Shown here: positions 14,856 through 28,050 of the stretch, in pieces
How positions within the stretch are numbered: position 1 is the first letter of the stretch
Layout of the letters: each line of letters opens with the position of its first letter
From: the human T2T-CHM13v2.0 reference genome, Homo sapiens
Length of the DNA: 64,000 bases
Assembly: GCF_009914755.1 (NCBI RefSeq)
Contig: NC_060930.1
Direction: 5' to 3' (one strand)
The notes under the pieces: model-generated
The model's database searches: none
Seen by the model: the letters and a program-made list of their open reading frames with translations, nothing else
What the model was told of the DNA's origin: nothing
Program-made: the position numbers and the translations under genes

Positions 14856-15316
14856 CTTTATTTCTTCACATGGCTTCAGGTTACTGTCTAGTGTTCTTTT
14901 ATTTCAACCTGCAAGACCTCTTTTGGCATTTCTTGCAGGACAGTTCTAGTAGTAACCAATTTCCTCAACTTTTGTTCATCTGGGAATGTCTTAATTTCCC
15001 CTCACTTTTGAAGGATAGTTTTGCTTGGATATAGGATTCTTGGCTGAGGGTTTTTGTTTGTTTGCTTTCTTTGCTCCTAGTACATTGAATATACTAGCTC
15101 ACTGCCTTCTTGCCCCTAAAATTCCTGATGAGAAATCAGTTGATGATCTCATTGAGGATTTCTTGTAAATGATGATTCACTTTTCTTGATCATTTGTCTT
15201 GGTGTGGATTTCTGAATTCATTATACTTGAAGTTCACTGAATTTCTTAAATGTTTATATTCATATCTCTCATCAAATTTGGTCAGTTTTCAGCCACTGTT
15301 TCCTCAGATAATCTTT

Positions 15317-15672
15317 CTACCCCTTTTCCCTCTTCTCCTTATAAGATTCCCATGATGATGAGTATGTTGGTTTACCGATGGCATCCCACAGATCCCTTAG
15401 GCTCTTCTCACTTTCCTTCCATCTTTTTTCTTTCTGTTTCTCAGACTCAATCATTGTCTTTGTCCTGTTTTCAAGTTTGCTGATTTTTTTCTTCTGCCTG
15501 CACAAATCTGGCCAAATACCTCTAGTGAATTTTTCATTTTTGTCCTTGTACTTTTCAGCTGTAGAGTTTCTTGGTTTCTTTTTAGGTTTTCTATCTTTTT
15601 ATTGCTGTTTCCATTCTGTTCATACATTGTTTTCTTGACTTTCCCCACATCTTCCTTTAGCTCTTTGAGCAT
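15317..15672 (-). pseudogene. L1 ORF1p coiled-coil remnant (frameshifted)
   Basis: Two overlapping frames give K/E-rich heptads and SLRDLWD, typical of L1 ORF1p. Confidence 0.75.
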
Positions 15673-15888
15673 ATTTAAGACTGTTTTTTATAGTCTTTGT
15701 CTAGTAGGTCTGCTATCTCATCTTTCTTAAGGACAATTTTTGTTGGTTTATTTCTTTCTTTTGAATAGGCCACAGTTTCCTGTTTCTTTATGTGTCTTGT
15801 GATTGTTGCTGGAAGTTGGACATTCGAAACAAATAATGTGATAACTGGAAATCAGACTCTCTCCCTTTCCTATGGTTTGCTATTTTTG

Positions 15889-15890
<2 letters not shown>

Positions 15891-15925
<35 letters not shown>

Positions 15926-16174
15926 AGACAGAGTCTCACTCTGTCACCCAGGCTAGAGTGCAGTGACATGATCTTGGCTCACTACAACCTCTGCCTCCCG
16001 GGTAGCTGGGATTACAGGCATGCACCACCATGCCCAGGTAATTTTTCTATTTTTAGTAGACACAGGATTTCACAATGTTGGCCAGGCTGGTTTCGAACTA
16101 CTGACCTCAGGTGATCTGCCTGCCTGGGCCTCCCAAAGTGCTGGGATTATAGGCGTGAGCCACCATACCCAGCC
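15891..16174 (-). mobile_element. AluS with an internal ~30-bp deletion
   Basis: Long poly-T, TSD TGCTATTTTTGTCT, deletion at CCTCCCG microhomology. Confidence 0.9.
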
Positions 16175-19100
16175 TGCTATTTTTGTCTTCATCCTATTTT
16201 GTTTTTTATTCTTGTAGGCTGTCTCTGTGCCAAGGATCAGCCTGAGGTATAAACTTAAGGTGTTCTCAGGTCTTTTCTGAGCCTGTACATTTCACTGGGC
16301 ATGTGTGGTGACTTGTAAATTTACTCCTTCTATGCATTGCTTTTGCATATTCTATTTTTTAATGTCTGGCTCCCAAAAGGGGAAAAGGAGAAAAATGAAG
16401 AAGAAAAGGGATGCTGGTCCTTTAAAACCTCTGGCAATTGCTTTAGCTGGAGGAGGAGGACCTTGTAATAAAGGGATGGTATGTGCAACAAAGACAGCCT
16501 GCCTCTATGTCTACACTCCATGATCCAAAGCAGCAATCAGTGATCAAGACATAGATCCTAATCGTTGGAGGATAGAGTCCCTTTTGCACACCCTGGCAAG
16601 CTGCTCCAGGAGTACATACACAGCTGCCTGCCATGGGGCTGAGAGGTGGGGAATGGGTAGCTGCTGCTGAGTTAAGAGCTGAAATTGACCAAAATTAACC
16701 ATAATTTGACATCCAAGCCTTCCCCTAGAGGTTGCATGAGTTCCAAAATAGTTACATGAGACAAATTTTGCCAGTGTGTTTGTTGTCTAGCTGAGAAGAC
16801 AGGTCCCTACTCCTTCTTTCCAGAATCCTCTCTCCCAACTGCCATTTCACACACATTTTTATTCTTCTAGGTATATTTTTAGGAATCTTATTTTGATTTG
16901 AATAGAACTTGTAAATTCAAATGTCCCATTGCTAGAGAATATCAAATGAGACAATATATGAGTATGTATTTTTAAAACATTTTTTAAATAAGTAAGTAAT
17001 CTTCTTGTTCACACTCTTTATAATTAGACCATAAACTTAGAAAGTTCAGAAACAGCTATGTTATAAGAAGTCCCTTTGATTGCTTATGGTCATCTTCACT
17101 ATCTCAGGCTGCATTGGAGGAGTGGGGAGAGGCTCAGAGCTTTCCTCAAAGGATAAGGACATGCCTTTAAAAATAGACAGAGAGCCTTTTTGTGTATATG
17201 GATTTTATTAAATCCAAGAGTATAAAACTATATTTGGTCCCTGTATTCATAAAAGGCTGCCTTAAGTTTATTTTCATCTAAGAGAAAAGTGACTCAATCC
17301 CTGTTATGTTTGTCTAAGTTTCTGTATAATTCAACACATTGATGATAGAAAGATGGATTATCCTCTATAGCTACTATTTTGGTTACTCATAAATGTTTTT
17401 GAAACATTGTGCCAATTTATCAAAAAAGTCTATATTCCTAAACCCACTCATTTCAGGAAACAACCACAGCTATTTTTTTATTGTTTTTATTTTGTACTGA
17501 TTGAAATATAGGCCACCTGGAATTAGCTTCCTTCTGTCTCCCTTATTATTAAATTCAAGTGTATAATTTTACCCCTGATGTGTTCAGTGAAGCATGATCA
17601 AAATGTTACTTTAAAAGTTAAAATAAGCTAGTTTGTGAAACAGTAGTACTAAATGGGTTAGTCACAAATCTATTGTCATATAATATTAGAAATAAGTATT
17701 TCTTGCTGACATCCCTGCCTTAATCAGTTAGCTAGTCCATAGCGGCTTAGCGAGATTGTGTTTAGCCTATTTCCCGAATGGCAATTAAGAAATGGTTTTA
17801 TTTCCTAGTAAAGGTTTGCCAGTGATATTTTTCTGGCCTGTCCACCTCTATAAATTCTCCGTCTCCATCCCTCCCTTTACAATACCCACACCTCTCTTGA
17901 AACCCTCTTACTTTCCCTGATCACTAAGACCAAGGCATTCAAAATATTCCCTGTGTGTTTGGGCACTGCCCAGCGAGGAAGAAATGATTAAGCAGCCAAA
18001 TGTTTGAAACCCAGCTACATGCACTGATTATTATCTGCTTAACTCTTTCTTATCTTGAACTGCGAGGAGCTTAATGGCTGGGACCCATTGTTCTTCTCTT
18101 GACATTAATGAAGAAATCAGAGCATGCAGCTGATTTCCTAAGATGGCTGAGAGTGACATGCTGAATTGATTGATTTGTCCTCTTCTCTCCAGGACCATTC
18201 TAGCTAGACTAGAGCAATGGAGGGTGTGGGGTTGCTGGAATAAACACATGTGCACATATTAGCACACATGAATACGAGCACACCACCTCCGTCTATCTGC
18301 AGGCCAGGGTGTATTTACCTTCTAGTAAAAGGATTGAAGAGGCTCTCAGATAGTCTGCTTAAGAGATATACTGTCCTCCTAGTTTCTGTTCTACTTTCTC
18401 AGTGATTAAGAATCCTGGCAGCAGCAGCCGTCTGCAGCTTTTCTCTGTAAAGCAGACTTCACAGTTCAAACCTGTATCCTGTGGGCTCAGGTGTTGTCCA
18501 GATACATACCTACTTGACTAAATTGATCAGAAGGTTGTCTATTTCTTGTTTGTTAAAATTACAAGAATTATTATTAATTTGCAGTTATGAATTAAGAGTA
18601 AAAGCTCCCTTTTCAATGTTAACAACATGATGTGTATCCTTTATTACCTTCCTAAATGTGCATATAATTATAGAGGAACAATTAAGATAGAAATATATAG
18701 TGTTTTCTGTCATTGTTTTGGAAAAACAGATCATATTACTATCTTGCATTTGTCAATAAAAGGATGATGAAAATCCTTCTACAGTCACTGTTACAGGTCT
18801 TAATTTGGCCTGGCATTCAATGCTATGTTTGACTATAGTATATTCAACCATTCCTGCTAATGGGCCTTAGTTTACTTTCCTATTTTTTCCCCACTATAAA
18901 CAACATGACATTCTAGGAGAGGTAATAGTAACACAGTTTCTGAAGGTGGACCGCTTGGATTGGAATCCTATGGCACCACAGAGCAATGCTTGGAGCTCCA
19001 GCAGGAATGTTTCTTGTGTTCAATTCTGTTTGTTCTCTCTCCTAGGTCTTTTGAGCTGGCATTACTATTAATATTACTGTATGTCTCTCTGTTACTTTTC

Positions 19101-19464
19101 ATTGTCATTGTTCTTTTGAGAGAATCTTCTTGATAACATAAAATATCTCCCAGGCCCTACCTGCAAACATTGTATTTTTCACATTGTTCAAAGGTTAGTA
19201 TTTTTGTTCAGGAGCAGAATGAGTCACTTAAGGAAGATTCTAAATTGAAAAATATCTGGGACATCTGTCTCAAATAATGATTAAGAAAAAAGCCATTGCT
19301 TTAGGTTATTGCTGTTATGTTCTTTTACTTTCATTACCTTAAAATACGTTTTTTGTTTTTCCTGAAAATTCAAGTAATACCTACTAATTATAGAGAGTTT
19401 GGAAGCTACAGAAAAGGCTAAAAATTAAATAAAACCATCAGGCATGACTATGAAGAAATAGCAT

Positions 19465-19600
19465 GAGATAGTTTCTTGGCATGATGGAACCATTGTGTAT
19501 CCTGATAGTGGTGGTGGTTATATGAATCTACATGTGTTAAAATTCAGAGAACTGAACATCCCCCCAGAAAAGTTTGACCGTATAATAATTTTTTAAAAGT
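19465..19600 (+). mobile_element. L1M 3'-end fragment
   Basis: ATGATGGAAC...TATCCTGATAGTGGTGGTGGTTATATGAATCTAC...AGAACTG. Confidence 0.55.
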
Positions 19601-19692
19601 TAGGTAAAAAATAGAACCATCCATAATTCCTCCACTTAGCATCAATCATTATCAACCTGGTAACATGGTGGCATCGTTCTTCCTAGTATTTC

Positions 19693-19994
19693 TTTCTTTT
19701 TTTTTTTTTTTTTTGAGACCGAGTCTCACTGTCACTCAGGCTGGAGTATAATGGCACTATATTGGCTGACTGCATCCTCCACCTCCTGGGCTCAAGCAAT
19801 CCTCCCACCTCAGCCTCCCAGGTAGCTCAGACCACAGGTGCAAGCCACCGTGTGTGGCTAATTTTTGATATTTTTGTAGAGATGGGGTTTCACTATATTT
19901 CCCAGGCTGATCACAAACTCCAGAACTCAAGTGATCTGCCCACCTCAGCTGCCCAAAGTGCTGGGATTACAGGCATGAGCCACCATGCCCAGCC
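19693..19994 (-). mobile_element. AluJ
   Basis: Poly-T plus antisense dimer. Confidence 0.9.
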
Positions 19995-20118
19995 CCTTCA
20001 TTATATATTTTGTAAAACATTTTTAAATGTTTTGATAATATTTAATCACCAGATATTTCTAATTCACATAACTGTTCTCTTATTAGAGTACCTTTCTTCA
20101 GTGTTACCTTAAAAACTA

Positions 20119-20476
<358 letters not shown>

Positions 20477-20672
20477 TTAATGTAAGAATGAACGTTTAAC
20501 TTCTGGTTTTTCTAGAGTTGTCCTCAGAATAAAACCTGGTCTTCTGGAGACAAATTCTTCTCTTATCATGGGCTATGAAGTTTTGTACCTCAACTTATGC
20601 ACTCACCCTGCTGCAGCTATGTCCCTGTAGATCCTAGAACTCACGGAGTTCTTCCCGATTTTGGAGTGCTAG

Positions 20673-21059
<387 letters not shown>

Positions 21060-21335
21060 TAGCTTAAAAGTCACCTCACAGAGTGGTCTTCTCTGAACAC
21101 CCAGTTTCCCTTCACTGTTATTTTCTCTCACACAACACAAACAATTGCCATAATTGGTATTTATTTTTACATTAACTTGTTTATTGTTGTTTTCTCTCGC
21201 TTAATTATAAGCTCCATGGAGGGCAAAGACTATGTCAGTTTTGCTGAATATCATATACCCACTGCTTAGCACAGTGCCTGGCATGTAGAGGGAGCTCAGT
21301 AAATAATCGTTGGCTAACTGAATGAATGAATGAAT
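21060..21335 (+). mobile_element. L2 3' end
   Basis: AAGCTCCATGGAGGGCA...GCACAGTGCCTGGCATGTAG...(GAAT)n tail. Confidence 0.85.
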
Positions 21336-21406
21336 AAGAGCTATCATGTTCTCATAAGACATAGATCTAATTATTACAAAAATATGTTTGGAGAGCTTAT
21401 ATTCAT

Positions 21407-21727
<321 letters not shown>

Positions 21728-22860
21728 TAATATTTTTAATCGAATTAACTGTCAGTGGTATCAAGATTGCTCAGTGACCATCATTGTATCTTAATCTTAT
21801 GAAATGGGTTGTGATCCTCTTATTCTACACAGGAGTGAATATTTTAAAAGCTAGGGAATCTTTTTCCATTTAGTTTTTTCTTACTTTAATTTTTTTTCTG
21901 TTTTAGTTTTATGCCCTACCTCCTTAACCCCACTATATGTGTGAATATGTACTTGTATATCTCAATCTATATTGTTAAAGTTACTACTGGCTTTACAATT
22001 CTCAATTTCTTTGGAAAGCAAAAGCTTTACACTCTTTTTTTCTGCCACTAATCACTTTTTGTTCTTTCCTTTTTTTCTTTCTTTTTTTTTTTTTTTTCTG
22101 TTCCTGCTCATGACTAAATTCTGTTGCTAACATTCTATGAGTCTGGCTGACAAGACTCTTAATTCCATTTCTCTTTCTTGAACTGTTTAGAAGAATTTAA
22201 AGTTATAATTAAGTAATTAAATGGAATACTAGGTAAATTTTGGCACTAGGTATTGTGAGTCAGTTGGTTTATTTTGTTGTTAATAAATCACTTAGTACTT
22301 TTTGCCAAGGGAAGCCAGAAGTAAATCATCATTGCAGAGTGTAAAATAGATAGTATTGAACCCAGGGCAAACATTTGGGTATGAGAGGAGCAGCAGTACT
22401 GTTCAGTATCTGGCCTCAAATCGTATCACCTCTTTCCGCCCTTCAGTTTCTCCAGTCTTTTACCAGTGCTTCCTGGAAATTCTTTATTTTCTGATCCAAA
22501 GTGGATCAAAGACCTAGCACTACAAGTTTAGGCTTTCATTACTTCCCATGCAGGTGAATGGATCATCACTATCCTTGTGATTGTTAAGCTCAGATGTAAG
22601 CATGGTAGTTATCAAAGACAGAATTAAGTCAGGTTCCTTCTAAAGACATCCTATCCACCTAGATAAGACAAGGGAAAGCAAGAAAGTTTCACTCTGATTT
22701 CCAGTGAGACTTAGGTGATAAGAAAAAGGCAGTGAACGTCATTTTCATTGAGTTAATACGTAGACACTTTTGGAAAGTTCACTTTCCCTTTAAAGTGACT
22801 AGAGAAAACAAAGGGCTAGAAATATTAAATGTAAGATAACCCTTAAAGATAAGATGACTG

Positions 22861-22925
22861 CCACTTGAGCCCAGGAGTTCAAGGCAGCCTGGGTGACAGA
22901 ACGAGACCCAGTCTCTTAAGAAAAA
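22861..22925 (+). mobile_element. Small Alu/FLAM fragment
   Basis: CACTTGAGCCCAGGAGTTCAAG...CAGCCTGGGTGACAGA. Confidence 0.6.
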
Positions 22926-24396
22926 GGGAGATGCATATGGTATTAGAATACATGTTTAAGTGATTTTTTCAACTTTTATCTTTCTGGTAAGCTACTGTGG
23001 CTAGAAAATGCAATTTCTCATCCATCTTTCCAAGGTTCTAGCTAATTCAGGAACTATCCCAATAAAACACCATCATTGTTATGACATTGTTCAGGTGAGT
23101 GGGAATAACAGTGTTAATCCCCAGAGAAGTGGCTATTGCACAAGTCGCAGAGGGCAGATTGGGTGTCTGTAGAATGCAAAACTTGAATTAAGGGTTGCAA
23201 GTCCACACTTTTACTGCTTTCCTTGAGATATGTGGTAAAAAAAAAAAATAGTTTCATATTAGACTGTTTAAAAAAGCAAACAGACTTTATTTAGTTTGGT
23301 AGATTTTCTTCCTGGTGTCTGGAACTACGCCCTCATTTATTGTGGCTTATTCAAAACAGCATATTTTAAAGCAGTAATTATAGCACAGATGATCAACAAA
23401 GGCAAATATATGTGCCATGCTAATCTTTGTACAGTATTTTGAGAAATCAACGTTGTTCTCTTTTATTAGTGGCTGAAAGTAGTTAAATATTTTCAGTAAA
23501 AACCTTGTTGACACTCAAGGTATTTTTATTTTAAGAAACAATGGAGAGACAAAGGCTAAATCTCTGTTTGCTTTTCTGTGACTATCACTGATTCTCTCTA
23601 AAACGGGGTCAACAAAATGATACAGAGAGGTAAGAATATCTTTGTGCTTCAGTCTGATTGGGGGTGCGGGGGAAGATCTGGAAGAGGTTGGATCTTTAAA
23701 ACTCAATGTAGAGTTTTCCTTAGGCAAAAGCTAAACAAAACCAATGCCTATGTTCTAGAGAAATGTCCTAAACAATCTCTTCTTCCCCACCAAGGTTCAT
23801 GAGATAGATGCAGAGCCTACTCCGTATCCTCATGGGTGATATTATTATAAAATACACTGTCACACTTGGCGCCTCCAAATATCTGATTATTTACCTTGAG
23901 CAAGACAAAAATGTCACCATTGTTTGAAGAAATGAAAGTATTAGTCCTGATGCTAGCAGAGCTGCTTTAGAGAAGAAGGGAAAAAAAAACAAAACCAAAA
24001 CAAACAAAAAAAACCACCACCAAAGAACCCTTGGTAGGATGCTAATCAGGCCTATTCAGAAAAGCCCTAATTAATGTAATTAAAATCTGTCAGATCAAAC
24101 TGATTAGCCTGATACTCAAGCCGAGTGGAGGGAGTGGGGCTCCTGGGGGGAGGGGAGGCAGCTGCTGCTAAGGTGGGGTTAGCTTTCAGAAGAAGGAGGT
24201 GGTTGGTCTCCAAGGTGATCAAAGCAACTTGTCTTTCATTTCCATGGAGGGAGGACAGTGGGCTCCTGGCTGGAGACCTAGTTTCCTGTGTCTCTAGTTG
24301 TTCTCCCGCACCGAACCATTCAGGTAGGAGAAGCAGGGCCTTTCTGGGCTGTGGTGGAAGGCAGCTGGGGAGGTGTCTTGTCTTCCTCTTTGACAG

Positions 24397-24678
24397 CTAG
24401 AATATAGATGAAGCATTTTTCCTCCCCTGGCAGTCCCCTGTTGCAGTCATTGGTCATGACCACCGACACACCGGCAGGAAGGAGACAAAGGCTGTGTCAT
24501 GTGATCTTCCTGATAGGGCTGTTGACACAGGCCTCTTGTGAAGATCCACATTCTGGGGTGGGAGAGCAGCCAGTGGCCTCTGCCCGGCAGGGCTCTGCGC
24601 TGGGGAGAGGGAGAGTTCTGCTCAGGGGCAGCCCTTTCAGAGGTCCCGAGGAAGTTTCCAGGCGGCTTGAGTGGAAAA
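24397..24678 (+). other. Candidate (possibly cryptic) exon
   Basis: Acceptor TCTTCCTCTTTGACAG ending at 24396 and donor AAA|GTGAGT at 24679. The ATG at 24408 stays open to the donor but gives no recognisable protein. Confidence 0.25.
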
Positions 24679-24843
24679 GTGAGTATTTCATCACCAGTGC
24701 GAGAGTCTTAGTCTAGCCAAATGGAAGAAGAAAGGACAAGTAAATTCGGGGTTAAGAAATTCTCTGAGCTTCTAATCATGTCCTGAGATATATTCTTTCC
24801 TGGAGGGGTAAAATGACATTTCTCTTAATAACAGTTATTCTGA

Positions 24844-24869
24844 AGTTCAGAGAAGGTCATTGCAGGTCT
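24844..24869 (+). promoter_or_regulatory. Tandem DR4 nuclear-receptor element (TR/LXR/CAR type)
   Basis: AGTTCA-gaga-AGGTCA-ttgc-AGGTCT. Confidence 0.4.
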
Positions 24870-26016
24870 TTATCACTTCTTTACTGATATAGAAGTTTAA
24901 AAAGCAAGACTCACTTAAGAGATTGGTGCTAACCACCTGAAGTGATTTTATATGATCTTTCCTTGCTTCTTAACAAACAGGACTAAGTATCCTGGGTCTT
25001 CATGATACTGTAGTCATATTGTACCCATTTTGATTTTTCTGCTAACACCAATATCAGAAATAACTAGGAAAGAAAAAGGAAGAATGGAGATATTGAAAGA
25101 ATTTGGAGTTTCAGCTTTTTTCCTCAGTTGTAAGTGCTACATGTAGTTGTACACAGCATTTTTAGTCACAGCCTAGCAATTAAGTTTATACAATTTCTTG
25201 AGTTTTTGACAACAGTCAGAGAAGTAATTAATTTGGGTTTTGCTAGCATAGTACACCTTAAAAATTGTCTTTAACAGTGGGGTAGGTCTTTGATGGAAAT
25301 GCCTGTAGAAAGATGGACAGACACATGAATTGTGGGCCAAACTGTAAGTTGAGAATTGCATAGCTTCTTTTCATTGTGTATGGTTTAGCTAATAACACAA
25401 GAATAGGATGTAAAAAGCTAAATCTTTGTTGTAGGAAGTTAGTAGGACCTAACCAGGGGAAAATGTGTATTAGGATCACCACTGCAATGCCCTCTTCTGT
25501 CATCCTTATCTTCCTTATCACATTTTGCTACCATTTCTTATAGTGGTTGCACCAAAGGAATAAGAATTACAAGGGCTTTCACTAAAACTTTAGTAAGAAA
25601 GTAAGAAAACCATTTCTGGTGACAAAGAGAGTAGGAACTAGGAGTTGAGAACCTTTGATAGTTGACAGTTTTTACTATGGTTAGCCAAGTGAGAGCAAAT
25701 CCTATACTCCTACCCTCAGTCTCTTCAAAGCTAATGCAGGGGCTGGGCTGGAAAAGTGCACAGATCTAAACACCTGGGACATTTAAATGAATAAATTCAA
25801 AGTAGAAGCATACTCCATTTTCTAGCTGTGAAACTGCATATTTGGCAGTTCTTAAACGGCTTGTGCCAGATTCTAAAATGTAGTGGTAATAAGTAAATGA
25901 GTGTATGCCTTTGTTTCTGCTTTATTTGGTATGAATGACTAGAAATGGGAAAAGTTCCTTTTCCTTTTCTAGACCTCTAATAGCATGGGCCCTGTGTCTG
26001 TCAAAAACAATATCTT

Positions 26017-26280
26017 GCACTTTGGGAGGCCAAGGCAGGAGGATTGCTTGAAGCTAGGAGCTCAAGACTAGCCCGGACAACGTAGGGAGACCCCATCTCT
26101 ACCAAAAAAAAAAAAAAAAAAAAAATTAGCCAGACATGGTGGTGCATACTCATAGTCCTAGCTACTCAGGTGGCTGAGGTGAGAGGATTGCTGGAGCCCA
26201 GGAGTCTGAGGCTGCAGTAAGCTGTGATCATGCTACTGCACTCCAGCCTGGGCAACAGAGACAGTGTCTCAAAAAAAAAA
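26017..26280 (+). mobile_element. AluJ, slightly 5'-truncated, expanded A linker
   Basis: Sense Alu dimer, J-type. Confidence 0.85.
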
Positions 26281-26718
26281 TAGGAAACATCTCTAGAAAA
26301 AGCAATATGAGTGTGTAGTTATGGGCAGGACTCAGGCACTCAGAACTGACCACGCTGCATTATTGTGATGTCAACAGCTTAGTTCTGTCCATACCTGTTC
26401 TGATCAGACCGCTGAGCCTATGTTTGACTTAGCCCCCCTTTCCTACAATTTCACAATTTTATGACTCTCCTGGTTGCACTGATATCCTTGAAAAAGACAG
26501 CTGAGTTCAGTTAGTGAACCTGCAGTAAAGTGGGGTTGCCTGGTCAGCACAGGGTCTTATCAGGAGAGAAATGTGTTTTATGGAATACTGAAGGCCAGAA
26601 AGGTAGGGGAAGGCTTTTCTCTTTTTCCTTGTTATTTTGTCCTGCTTCAGATTTAACCTTTTCCACTCCTTAGTATTTTAGAGCTCTTTTCTCTAAATGT
26701 GAAGTAAATGCCTTCCAT

Positions 26719-27004
26719 TTTTTTTTTTCTTTCTGAGACAGAGTCTTGCTCTGTCCCCCAGGCTGGCGTACAGTGGCGTGATCTCGGCTCACTGCAATCT
26801 CTGCCTCCTGGGTTCCAGCAATTCTCCTGAGTAGCTGGGATTACAGGCATGTGCCACCACACTCAGCTAATTTTTGTATCTTTAGTAGAGATGGGGTTTT
26901 GTCATGTTGTTCAGGCTGGTCTCGAACTCCTGGCCTCAAGTGATCCATCCACCTCGGCCTCCCCAAGTGCTGGGATTACAGGCATGGACCACTGCGCCTG
27001 GCCC
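26719..27004 (-). mobile_element. Alu (J/S)
   Basis: Antisense dimer with a small internal deletion. Confidence 0.85.
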
Positions 27005-27571
27005 CATTTCCAATTTTATATTAGCACTTTTGGAGGCAGCAGAGAATGTGGGCACGATAGTATGGTGAGTATGAGAGAGAGAACAGAGAGAACAGATGCT
27101 GTTACTGGAAAGCAAACTACTTGCAGCTCCCAAAGCCAATTATGTTACCTCTCCTATTTCTATAATAGAGGAGCTTGACAGCAAATGTTGAAATCTGTAA
27201 CTTCCTTTCACCAACAAGCCTCAGGTGACTGACCAAGTCGTGTACATTTTATGTCTATATGAATGTGCTTTCCATGCATCCCTTTAGTAAACAGACACTT
27301 CCAAAGTCACTTCTCCAGCCATACTTCCCACAGTTCTGTGAGTCCTTCATTTTGGCCAGTGTGGATGGGAGGATGGCCTGAGCTCTTGCCTCCCCTCACA
27401 GCTTTGCTTGTCCAGCTGTGGCTGCTGGGATGCCATCCAAGGCTCAGCTCCGATGACACCTTCTCCACCACCTGCCCTGGTTCCCCTGTCCTCCCTCCCT
27501 GTCTTCCTCTCCTGGGCTGCTTCTGTGGCATCTATCATTTCCTTCCCTGAATTGCGTGCACATGCACATGG

Positions 27572-27598
27572 CCACACACACACACACACAAACACACA
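27572..27598. repeat. (CA)n microsatellite
   Basis: Direct reading. Confidence 0.9.
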
Positions 27599-27899
27599 GG
27601 TGCATTGTACTATGCCAGACTGGAAACTTGTGCCTTCTCCGTGCCTGGCACCATGTCTGTAATTAACTACCCACTGAGCAAATGAATATAGGAAAGAATG
27701 ATAAATGGCTGCCTTTACCTTTAAATTCGATTGGTTCCTTGTTCTCTCGATTGTCCGTTTCTCTTTATTTCTTGTCTTTTTGGCCTTGAGAACCTGAATT
27801 TAGGCCATTGAGAATTTCATACCCACACTTTCACCCTCATTCTAACCTGCTGACCACTTTTTTAGTTCTCCTACAAATGCAAAATATTCATATTTGGTG

Positions 27900-28050
27900 C
27901 AGAGCAGCATAGGAGATGACACTGAGTAAGGAGCTTGAATACTAGTCTGAACTCCAATGCTGGTGTGATGTGAACTTGGAAAAGTCACCTCATCTTACTG
28001 GGCCTCTGCTTCTATTTCCATAAAATGAGAGGGTTGGACTGACAGTCCTT
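27900..28050 (+). mobile_element. MIR3-like
   Basis: TGTGAACTTGGAAAAGTCAC...TAAAATGAGAGGGTTGGACT. Confidence 0.6.

Noticed and set aside
13691-15672. L1 ORF1p/ORF2p-like ORFs as functional CDS
   Set aside because: Frameshifted, interrupted by stops and Alus; fossil only.
19046-19078. 33-bp micro-exon (acceptor ...CTCCTAG, donor ACT|GTATGT)
   Set aside because: Weak donor context and no supporting frame; likely chance.
24408-24716. 102-aa ORF as a protein-coding gene
   Set aside because: No recognisable domain or homology; kept only as a candidate exon.
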